Assembly: GCA_964276515.1 (NCBI GenBank)
Contig: OZ193909.1
Coordinates: forward strand, 3,410,001 to 3,474,000
Origin: Gordius albopunctatus
Lineage: Eukaryota
DNA: 64,000 nt
Direction of reading: 5' to 3'
The notes below the pieces were generated by a model. It was not told the DNA's origin. It did not search any database and saw only the letters and a list, made by a program, of their open reading frames with translations. Shown in pieces: positions 52,401 through 64,000 of the stretch. A program made the translations under genes and the position numbers. How positions within the stretch are numbered: the stretch's first letter is position 1; each line of letters starts with the position of its first letter.

Positions 52401-55400
52401 TAAATCGGTTGTTTACCGTAAAGTGAGGACTAGATAGAGACGCGCATTTTATAAATCGCAGACAACAGCATTTCAGACGTTTAAAATTGCATAGTTCTTG
52501 TCATATAAAGGTGCAAAAAATTAATAATCATTTTAATTATCACTTTCACACCTACCAATTGTTGACTTATTTTTAAATCCATCTTAAGTTTAATTTCTAT
52601 TGTATAAATGTTTAAAAAACAACTTATATAACCCAAATGATGTAAACAAATAAAAACAATTATTTTCTAATTTTGTATTGTACACTTTAAGCATTTTTAT
52701 ATTTTCGCTAGTTTATAGAAAAATGTTGATTAGTGCATTTAATAAAATATAAATTCAAATTATTTCGATTTTTTACTCGCTGATCATGGATTGATTTTAT
52801 CAATTTTAATTTTATAATAGTTTATCTAGATAAAAAACACTCTATATTTTCAATGATGTGAATAATATCAGTGTAGCTAGAATTTGGATTTGCAGCGGGG
52901 TTGGGTTAAAGTTTCGTAATGATATAGGGATAAACAAAATGATAATTTTTTCTAGTTTTAGGCATAACTATTTCTCTTCGGATTTTGAGGGGGCAGGTGA
53001 CCCTCTGACTCCCCTGGCAACGTTCATGTTATTATTTGTGGAGGGGGGGGGGCGCAAAGCCCGAACCCAACTAAAAGTTTGTTTGGGAATAAAAAGTTTG
53101 GGGATGGATATGCACACATTATTTTTGATGAATAAATTACAAAATCGATATATAAATAGGTGGGAAAGTGACAAATGCACTTACTAGACGACACACCTTG
53201 TCGCAAAGTTGTTGCTTTCGTTTTAACTATAACAAATCTCTGCAAATGTTATATCCTACAACAAAATAATACATTCTCCGATTCTCTGCAGTTAGAAACG
53301 CAACAAAAGGGGTATGTCAACTTAATTTTCACTAATATAAACTCTTATATGCTCCCCCCTTAGCTAAGCCCATGGGGCAATAATGATTTAGGGAGGGGCA
53401 AAAGGATCATTTTTGAAATTTTAGCGATAATTTTAAGAAATTTTTGGATTTAGAAGGGGGAGCCCATCATTCCTGCCCCCCTTGGCTACGCTCATGGGAC
53501 CATACATTAGTGGGAAATTTACTTGGGGGATTTGTCGTAAGAGTTTCTAATAAATAGCGCGCTCTTAACAGGTGCATTTGGAATCAAAAATTTCCTTAAT
53601 TGATTTTCGATGCTGTATATGCTATGTGACATTAGCGTTGGTTACCCTAATCTAACTCAAACTACCCCACGCGTAATGATCGGGAGGCATAGCATGGCAC
53701 AGTGGGGAGATATCATTGAATAGAATATAGCTAGGGTGTCCCCGCATCATGACATGACCCGCTTTATTTTTCATGTCATACATTATGAAAATGGGTTGCC
53801 CGTGCCACGCGCTTTTTCGTCAAAGCTAAGCTAGCAGGGCCCAGGGGTCAGAGGTGTCCATTGTTGTTCAGGTATTAATTAGCGTGACCATGCCTCATGC
53901 ATAGCATTACAGGACTATGAAGTGGGCTGTTGACACAGATTATGCGATTAACATCCCCGACGACATGCACAACACTGGCACTCTACGTACGACTGACTAA
54001 TCGTGCCCTTTTCTCTTTGCACTCGTCAAACAGACTTTTGATCTCTCTTTAGCCCCCACCCCCCCCCCCCCCCACCTCAAAGTACTGATAGGTTTTGACG
54101 GCGAAAAAGGTAATACACTTAATTAGGTCATCGACATCACAAGGACCAGAGATGACTCAAAAATCATCAACCCCCCGCGCCCTAAAGTATAATTATAATA
54201 CTTGTGTTGCTATCGAGTACAAATTGCGTCCATCAATAAGACCTTAGAAGAGAGGGAATTTCAGTAATTATCAGGTGGTGGTGGTGAGTGAGCAATGTTT
54301 GCCTGTTTGTCCACCTCTTAGAGTTGACATTCACCCCCCCCCCCCTATTATGACCGTATTTGAAATGAACTTGAAATTTATAATTGTCAAGCTGTTATAA
54401 CAATTCGAGGATTAATTATAATTACAATATGTTAATCTTACTCGATGACATAAACTCCGTTAAATGAAATGGATTAGTCACCTTAAACATTTCTTGTTAA
54501 CTCATTTTCTGTATAAATTCGATTTTCATTGGTCCTGCCTACTCTTGTTTTATCTTGAAAAATCTTTTCTTAAATGTTGCTTCAATCACTTTAAACAAGC
54601 ATAGAATATAAGTCAAAATAAGCTAGAGCTCGACGAATATTTAATCACAATCCTTTCTTGATGAATCTCAAATTTATTTTTATAGTGATTTAAGAACATT
54701 TTATAACAATGGGAGGCACAACATTACTAAAAATCATAGGGAGGGGCTGCCTCCCTCGAAAACCAAATATTTGTTGAAAATTATTAAAAGTATGGTTAAA
54801 ATTTAAAAAAATGATCATTTTGCCTTTCCCTAAATCATTATTGCCTCCCTCTGGCACAAATCCTGACTACGACCCTGTTAGTAACCACAGACTACTGCTT
54901 TGCTTAGATTCTATGTAATTAGGGTTAAAATTTTGCTGCCTAAATATTGTAATCTGATATTGCGCAAACTCGAACATCATATAATACTAAATACAAGCGT
55001 CACAAAGGTGGTACAAACAAATACAACAATAGGTGTAGTGTCGTTGTTGTTAGTAGTACATTAGAGACATTAGAGGATCTATAGATAATATGTAATAATA
55101 ATTAGTGTGGTTGTGCAGGAGCGGGGTAGAAGGTAAAAAATTACATAACCCCGTCATACATATAGGCGAGCACTTGATATGCATCGGAGGAGGATCATAT
55201 TTCGGCTCTTGTCTAGGTTATAATTATATTCATAAGGGTTCAAAACGTGTGTAAATAAACATGACCCCAAATACATAGGTGTGCATGGATCAACGATCCG
55301 ACATCCGATCCGATCCGTCAATTTTAAAAAACTCGGATCGGATGGATATGAAATTTTTCAAAAACCCCTCGGACCTCTACCCCAAATACATAGGTGGAAA

Positions 55401-55564
55401 GGGGGTTTTACTACATCATTTACCTTACATCAGTATAATCGGATAAAATTCAATAAATGGTTGTGAAGGGGGGGGGGCAAAATTTAATAGAGCCGAAAGA
55501 AGAGAAATGGTTTTGAGTCTTGAGGTTAAATTATATATTGAGGACATAAGTGGAATTAAAGATT

Positions 55565-55722
55565 CATGGGCGTCACCAGGATTGAAATTAGATGGGGGGG
55601 GGGGGAGCAATAATGATTTAGGGAGCGGCAAAATGATAATTTTTCGAAATTTAAATTTTAAATATTTTTGGATTTTGAGGGGGGCAGCCGCCCCACCCTC
55701 TCTCCCCCTGGCCATGCCCATG
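55565..55722. mobile_element. CATGGGCGTAGCC-family MITE
   Basis: TSD taaagatt/tgaagatt. Nearby copies at ~51437-51581, ~52869-53028, ~53371-53496, ~54735-54877. Confidence 0.8.
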
Positions 55723-57986
55723 TGAAGATTCCTATAAATTGTCGCCTCATTTTTATGGTATTTTATTATAAATAAATTATATTTTTTGAAGACTCGGTTG
55801 CCCTAGAATTTTGTAAGTAAAAATAATATACCTTACTTTGCAGCTAATAAAAGTGCGACACACCTTTGTCCTCTCGAAGTATAAAGTTAATTAAAGGCTT
55901 GCAAACATTTCTAGGTGCGACTGTTTAATGTTAACTATAATATATAATACTCCAAATTTTGAAATAAATTTATTATTTTGTTGTTAACCATTACCCCCCC
56001 CCCCTTATTAAATAATGGCTGTCCTTGGTACTTTTAATTTTTGAAAATTGAGACTCTACCTACTTCTACCTAAATGTCATAAGTTACAGCAATTTGGACA
56101 TTTCGAAAAACTTACTTTTACTTAATTTAGTATCTTTTAAAAGTGATCCGTAACTTTGAAACATATTATAAGATCCAATTATTATTTTAAAAAAATAACC
56201 AATTATAGTTTCTAAATAATAAGCATGTTATTGTTATCGAAGTTCTCATGATTAATTTAACAAAAAATTTCTACATTATTCTTATATTTATATCAAGTTA
56301 CTTTCTATCCTAATCTTATTAAATATTTAATATGGGCCTAGCCAACTGAACGGAATTGGTAAAATTTTAGTTTAATAAATTTGATTTAGTCTTTCCTCAC
56401 ATTCTTAGCAATCTTTATGCCACTTTATAATTCAAATCCTGACAACACCGATCATAACAATAGATACACACACTTTCTTAAATCGTGATAAAATGAATTA
56501 AATAGCACCAAAAAATAATTGTTTAATGGCGCTGCACGAAGATAAAGTTCCAGCAAAATTAGTTTTTCCAACCAAACGCAGCCCAAATCAACAAGCAGTT
56601 ATCTTTCGCCCTATCTTACAAAAACTCTTCATCACCTACAACCTTTAGGGGGGGGGAACCTTCAAAAGTTCAATTAGGGGGGGGGGCAAAACATAATTTT
56701 TTTTAATTTTTAAGGCTTTTTGTTGTGAAAAATTTTATTTCTCGCCATTTAGGTCGGTTTCGAAATTGCAGGAAGTACATACATATACATTATATAATTC
56801 AAAATGATTGCTTTATATTTTATGCTAAGTGGTCATTTACCTGATTCCCAATTGTTCTAAGAAAGGTAGTACATTTCAATTGTACTTGCATTAACAATGA
56901 GCACACGTTTGACTAATTGTACGTTTGTCCAGATTGGAAAATGACACACACCAATTGACTTGATTAAGTTTAAAGTGCACAGGCACTTATAAGATAAACC
57001 TACCCCACCTCGACTTCTAAAATTAAATTAAGGTGACACAGGAGAGATTTTAAGTGGTCGAGCGAGATGTATAATCGCATTCAGATCCTTTGTTTGTTTT
57101 ACCCATTGATGGCGATATTGGTTATATGAAAGGGGCCAGATAACTCCCCGCGAGATTGGGGCTTTGGGGCACGTGTCTTTTGATCAATAGGGTTTGTTGG
57201 CGCGTTTTGAGTGTTTCATTTTCCATCTCGTGGCTTCTGACTGACGGACAGATGTGAGTGTTGGGCATCTCCTTAGATAAACATAATGGTACAACATACG
57301 CACACACCTTAATCAATTGTAAAAATGAAAATTATTATAGAATAGTAAGATTTTCATAATTTACAAAGGTTAAACTTAGTCAAAAATTAAATGATCTGTA
57401 ATAAAACTATAAAAAAACGTAAACTTAATCTTTTTTATGAACAAGCATTGCTGCAAGCATATTATAACATTACATCATGTGTTAAATTATTATTATTAAT
57501 CTTTATAGGGTTTAATAACATGAGATGGGAAACTCGACATTGTTGAACATATGTTAAACCTTTTTAAATTATCTTCGACCACACACACAAGTGACTCTAT
57601 CTTTGCAACTGTTATTGTTGTATAAAGTTAGTAAGGTGGGTGGATCATACTTTGCACATAATGCACATTTTATGGGAAAATGATGATTAAAGTGGCACAC
57701 GTGGTAGACATAATAACACTAAGACTTTTCTTAAAAAACACTATTATCACATCAAAATATCAAATGATCAGTGATTAGAAAACTTGTTAGAAGGTGGGTC
57801 GGTATTTTAGAATCTTTAGAAGGTAGAGGGAAGAATAGCCCGAAAGCAAATAACTTAAAAAGGGGTTGTTTATTGAATTTTTGTTTTCTTACAAATTTCT
57901 CGCTTATTAAAACCGAAAAATAAATGAAGTTAAGATGATCCTGATGGGTCATGGAATTCCACTAATTTAAAGCCTAATGTCATAAA

Positions 57987-58155
57987 CATGGGCGTAGCCA
58001 GGATTGGATTGAGAGGGGGGAGGGCAATAATGATTTAGGGAGGGGCAAAATGATGATTTTTTTAAATTTTATCCATAATTATATTAAATTTAAAGGAATT
58101 TCGGATTTAGAGGGGGGCAGCCGCCCCTCCCTACCACCCCCTGGCTACGCACATG
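57987..58155. mobile_element. CATGGGCGTAGCC-family MITE
   Basis: Near-consensus copy. Further copies at 59354-59481 (TSD gttactat) and ~60760-60866. Confidence 0.85.
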
Positions 58156-58729
58156 GTTGTAAAAATGCTAAATTTCTCAACTCACATTCAATATTCCGGG
58201 GGATTTAAATGCAACGTGGGCAGTAGAAACCCTAATTGTTTTGCATAAACATAATAACCGCAAACATTTCAAACTCGGCTAAACGCTAAATTTAGAATGT
58301 CCACCCAGCTTTGTGGCACAATGGCACAGATGTTTTATCCAAGCCACATAAAGACACCGCGTTCCCGTATTATGCCCTCCTCATGTGCATGCGCTTAAGT
58401 CACATCCAGTTGGGGACAACACTAAAAAATTGATGATAGAATAGAACGTGGCTCTCTCGCCCCTCCCCATCATTTATTTACCTGTTTTCACGGGTGCTTT
58501 AGAATTGCAATATTTTTGGGGAGAAAAGTTCCCCCCCTCGCCCCCCTACTTAAATATTATATATAGTTATGTATAAATCAATATTATACATTCATTTTTG
58601 CAAAGTCTCTTTAATCCAGACTTACTTTAAATCTCCACTTATGAGGAGAGCTTAAAATGCCATCGCGATATTTTTCGATTTTAAATATTGAGAAAATTTT
58701 TATTTATTCCTTTCTACTGAAGAATTTCC

Positions 58730-61700
58730 ATGGAGAATCACCAACATTGTGAACGGTCATCTTGCGATTTATTTACAATTTGTGACACGACTCAAGATGG
58801 ATTTTCAGGATCTAAGACGAAAATGATTAAAAAACTGAATTATAATGCGAAAGTCGAAAGCAGTAAAGAGGACATTTACTGCATCTTTATAAAAGACAAC
58901 GATGAAAATCCCCTTTCCAGGCCTTCTAAATCTAAATGGCACCCTCCTTGTTTCATGCTTTCGATCACCTTGCTACAAGTAATATAACTTTATTGACCAT
59001 TATTAATGCCCAAATATATTTATTACTTTTGGTCGTAATTGATTTGATTGAATTAATCCATTTGAATTATTATCATTATTTTACACGGGTGCATGTATTG
59101 TAAATTTGAACCTTTTATGGGGTTGCTAATTATTTTTTTACCTTGATTACCGCATGAGTATGATGGATAGGGAAGATGTCTTTCCCATCCAATCCAAGCG
59201 AAATTCACATCAAAAATTAATATATGTATTGCCTTCAAAACATGTCCAAACTTTAAAGATCAAAAATAATAAAAGTTTTTAAATTGATTTAAGTTTTAGG
59301 TTAGCAAATACATGTTTGACAATTGAAATGTTTACTAAGCGATTGGTTACTATTAGGTGTGTACCCAAGATATTTCAAAAAATTTGTTGAAATTAAATCC
59401 AATTTTCTAAAAAAATGATCACCTTGCCCATCCTTAAATTATTATTGGCACCATCTAATTCCAATTCCGGCTACGCACATCGTTACTATATTTTATTCAA
59501 TTTTTTAACAAAGTATACCAACCCTTAAAACATGTTTACCCCAGGGGCTTCGTTGTCAATTCTAACAATATTTTATTCTTATTGATTTATATATTAAAAT
59601 TTGGATTGAGTTAGTAAATTAAAAAGAAATTCAAAATCTACTGTTTAATTTTATATCGCATTTCGGTAATTCTAATTTCAAGGTTGATTCTTAATGTAAT
59701 GTTAACCTAAATGTTAAATGATGAACACCCGCGTTGAAATTTATAGCGTTTTACAACCACAATATAACATTTTTTGAAGGATGTTTCTCTCTGTCTGTTT
59801 TATCAAATTAAGATCATTTCGAAGTTTAGAGGAAGCCGAGATTATACAAACTTACATGGGGGTTGAATGTTTAGCTATAATGTGTAATACTTTGGGCATA
59901 TAAGAGATAATACACACCCATCCAATTTACTATTATAACATTAATATTGAAATGTAAGAGTAATGGGCAAGGGAGCTAGCTACTGAATCCCCCATTTCAA
60001 CAAAATAAAAGCTTGGTAAAGTTTTCGCTTAAAATGTTAACTATTTTTGCCAACATACCTAATGTTATAATGCTTATAATCTTGAAATACGTGATGTGCA
60101 GGAGGCAGAAATAGTTGTGATATGATAATGTCAAGGAGTGTTGTAGACGCAAGTGTTATCTAAATAAATCATGTTTTTTGTTACAAAGTTGTTTTTAGTA
60201 ACTCTACTAACTCGAGAAAGTAAGTCTATCAATCGGAATGTTACTTTCCTTATCATCAGTAGCACATGTCTATGTTTGAATTAATATATGCCTTATAAAT
60301 ATATTAAAATAAAAGGAGTTATATAAATAAATATAGATGTTCAACATTGCAGCTAATATATTAGAAAAATATTGCAATGCATTAAAGATCACAAGTTTAT
60401 ATGATTGACGTGAACGCACTGAGTACACCTTGGGGTAATTAATAAAGCCATGTAAAATGGGACGACTATTGTTGGTTACATAACATGAAGCTACTACCTT
60501 TGTTTAGTTTTATGAACCCTGGATTGCACCGTTTCAAAGGGAGTTAAGCGTGAGAAAGGATGTTTTCAATTGATATTGATGGCTACGACGACAGTAGTTA
60601 TTTATGACACAAATTAAACAAATGAATTTGAGTTCAATTTAAAATATGAGCATTTTGAAAATCCCACTCATTGAATTAAGTTGGAATCCCTCTTACCCCC
60701 AAATAAAATTTTGTTTTACCGTTACATTTTTAATTATAATATGTGACCAAGAAGGTCGGCCGGCCCCCTCTAAATCCAATTTTTTTTTTGAAATTTATTA
60801 AAATTAGGGCTAAAATTTAAAAAATGTTAATTTTGCCCCTCCCTAAATCATTATTGCCATCCTCTAATTAGAGTTGTATTTAGTCGACCTTTCTAAACAT
60901 AAGCAAACCAAAGGTTTTTTGGTCTCTTTATGCTAAGTCGACATCCACTAAGAAAATTGATTAAAATTAAAGGTCGACATCAAAATTCAACCGTTTTTAC
61001 AACACTACCATTTATTTGTGTGTTTTTTTATATGATGGTCTTATTATAAACAAATTATTATTATTTAAACACTTAATTTGTCCTAACCTTTATTAGTCTA
61101 GCTTGATATGCGAATTAATGGAGATGCCCGTTGTTGAAAAATCTCTATAATTGACATGCAAATTAAAAATATTTTATAAAATTTAACTTATCCACCCCCC
61201 CCCCTCCAAATTTGAATGCGTTTCGGGTTGATTTTATGATATTAAGTATTTAATTAACCTAAACTATTCATAAATAAGTAACAAGTAATTAAAAAATATT
61301 TTTTTATATCATTCAAGGTGTCGTGTTTCCTGTATTATACGTTCTATGGATCTTCGCTTGAATACCCTAAAATTATAGACAACAGTTTGATATATGATTC
61401 CGAGAAGAAATTACAGATATGGAGATTTTTGACCCATATGCTGTTACATTTTGGGTAAACTATCACTGATAAACTCTTATTCATATTTCGTAATAATATA
61501 AATTATAGAAGACATAAATTTTTTGATGCAAGAGTTATAAAATTAGATCTTTTAAAATTACGTATAACTCTAGTTTCAAACATTTAGATGGAGCCATTTA
61601 ATCAGCAATATGTTAGTGCAATTATTGGTTGGTATACCGTTAGAAATGATACAAGGAACTAAACGGATAGCAATACTCTACCTGGTTTCTGTAATCGGAA

Positions 61701-63339
61701 GTGAGTACAGTTAATACATAAATAAATTAATTTTCGGGACCTTAGGGAAATTTTAGGCATAAAATATTAAAATTAACAAAATATAATATAATCCTTCTTA
61801 AGTATAAATCATAATAATTTTGTGAAATTCGTCACACAAATTTCAAACTTTAAATGGGAGTACGATTTGTAGTAAAAATGACCTATAAAAATTAATTATT
61901 CAATAGTTAACGCTAAAGTTAGGTTAGGAGTGAGTTTTAGGGTGAGAAATTGTTTTCAATATAAAAAATCATTTCTAAAATATAAATTTTATAGATATTA
62001 AAAAAGTGCTCATTAATTTATTCTAAAATTTAGAAAAAATATAATAGTTTTTGGGATACCATTAGAGTTTTGGTTCAAAGTAGCACTTTTGTAAAAGGAT
62101 TAGAAGTTTCCCTAGAATGTTAAGGAAAAATGGTTACGAAAATTGCATATTTTTAAATGTTTTAATCATATTGGCTTAATATTTAGGTTGTATCGGGACG
62201 TCATTATCGGATAAAGCTGCCAAAAAATTGGGGGCATCTGGTGCTGTGTATGGCCTGATTGCAGCTGATCTTTCACACATTATCCTCGTAAGTTTTTAAT
62301 AAAAGCTCAGGTTTTCGCCGAGTTTTTTGATATTTAAAAATACACAATTAATACATTTTTAATGCTCCCATACGTGAATAAAAATTAATTAAGCGAATCA
62401 TTATTATTAACAGAACAAACATTAAAAATTATCATTGAGCTCTACTGCAGCTGAGCAAAATAATATGTTGTCAAAATTCTAACATTAAACGCTGAAATTA
62501 TATAATAAAATATATTGATTTTAGAATTTCGACCAGATGAGGCCGTCTTACGTAATGGTCAAATTAACCAGTATCGGATTAATTGGTATACATCTATACT
62601 TTGAATATTTCTATTATATAAAATTTCAACCTTATCAGGCAGGATTGTATAAACGACAGACTTTCATTCCATATATTATTAAATCTAAAAAAGGTTTTGT
62701 CTTTACTTAGTTTATTATAGCGCAACCTATTCATCAAACTCTCTTAGTCTTGGCATAAAGTTAAGCTATAACTTCATTTAAAATGAAGGGCTCTAAAAAT
62801 ACTGCCTTAAAAAGGACATATTTTAATAGTATAGAATTGTGTTGTGAAAGCGGGTGGCTTTGTCTGGCCGGCCTTTGGTTTCAGTCGATTAACATAAACA
62901 GACCATTACAACATTGCTATATAACTTATGCCAATACTTTTATTTGAGCCAGCTAATAATGATTAAACCATGCATTTTTATTTCAGCTGTCGTGGAAGGG
63001 GCTTACATCATATGGAACAAGGAAATTCTACCATTAAATTATATGCTATATTCAAAATATGATATACACACGGAAAAGGCGTTGATCATCAGAGAAAAGG
63101 TTGATTCTTTAGCACACTTGTATGGAGCCCTGATCGGTCTGTTGACGGGGATCGCTATATTTAAAACTTTAAATGAAGGCTACCATCAATACAAATCCAA
63201 AATCATCAACGGTTCAATCACATATTACGTTGAATACAAACGTTTCGTTTTAAACAAATATCTAAAAAAAGGAGCCCAAACAATATTGTGTGCATTGGTG
63301 ATTTTTGCGATCGTGTTTTACACATATAAAAGTTTCTGA
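58730..63339 (+). CDS. Rhomboid intramembrane serine protease (secretase-type, RHBDL2/3-like)
   Basis: Exons 58730-58978, 61318-61453, 61588-61700, 62187-62287, 62525-62585, 62987-63339. Motifs HPPCFMLSITLLQ, QIWRFLTHMLLHFGWSHLISN, GIPLEMIQG, catalytic GASG (62231-62242) and AHLYG (His 63115-63117). Confidence 0.9.
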
Positions 63340-64000
63340 ATCGCGCATAATTCATAGTAAATTAATGTGCCAAATGACATTATCTGCCAAGGAAAAATAG
63401 TCAAAAAGGATACTCATTGGAATTTGGTTGGTGCTCAATTTTTTATATTAAAATATACATGTGTAAGCCCTTTTACAATTATGATTGCAAATTTGAGTAT
63501 ACATGTTCATCAAATGGATATTGAAAAGAATCCTTTATACACGTTGCAATAAATTCTTATAATCATCTACTTCAATTAGAATGAATTCATTTCGTACGCT
63601 CTTATTTTATATGTATTTTTGTATTGTTACAGCACTTATTTTGTGTTTGGTATTTGATACACACTTAATTTGTATATTTTAATATTATCCACACTGTAAA
63701 ATATCGTTATCTCATATATGGGTTAACAAATAAAATTTGTTGCACTAGTAATAAACTATATAATTTGTTATGGATCCAATCAAAAACAATTTATTATCTA
63801 AAAACCTATGTCAAGTGTATCAATCTAAAATTCCTTAATAAATTTGTGTAAAAACGTCAAATATACTACAACTGAACATGTTTATAAAAACATAACTGAG
63901 AAATCATAATTAAAATGTGTCCCGCCCGATACAGGTGGTAAAATACAACAACGACTTGGTTAGGGAATGCTTAAGATTGGCGAGCCCAAATATTCCATAA

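Overview
AT-rich animal (invertebrate-looking) genomic DNA with five spliced protein-coding genes separated by, and partly filled with, dense nested transposon debris. The genes are: an XRCC4-like gene (minus, runs off the left edge), a KIF17/OSM-3-type kinesin-2 (minus, ~14.0-20.4 kb), a collagen prolyl 4-hydroxylase alpha subunit (plus, 23.9-40.2 kb), UAP1 (minus, 43.1-45.0 kb) and a rhomboid protease (plus, 58.7-63.3 kb). Many introns are only 33-46 nt. Main findings: (1) the P4H-alpha gene carries two separate pairs of duplicated, apparently mutually exclusive exons (71+71 nt and 63+63 nt), giving up to four catalytic-domain isoforms, with UGCAUG (RBFOX-type) motifs clustered upstream of the first exon of each pair; (2) a decayed twister-ribozyme-like sequence sits at the apparent 5' end of an RTE retrotransposon and starts at the expected cleavage site; (3) a Helentron/DINE-1-like element has internal tandem repeats carrying tRNA T-arm/B-box motifs; (4) an intron-containing Ginger-like integrase relic; (5) an LTR element with an 18-nt tRNA-Trp primer-binding site in a nested stack; (6) about 20 copies of one hAT-type MITE. 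All gene models and homologies were read by eye from recalled family motifs; no searches were run and the species is not identified.
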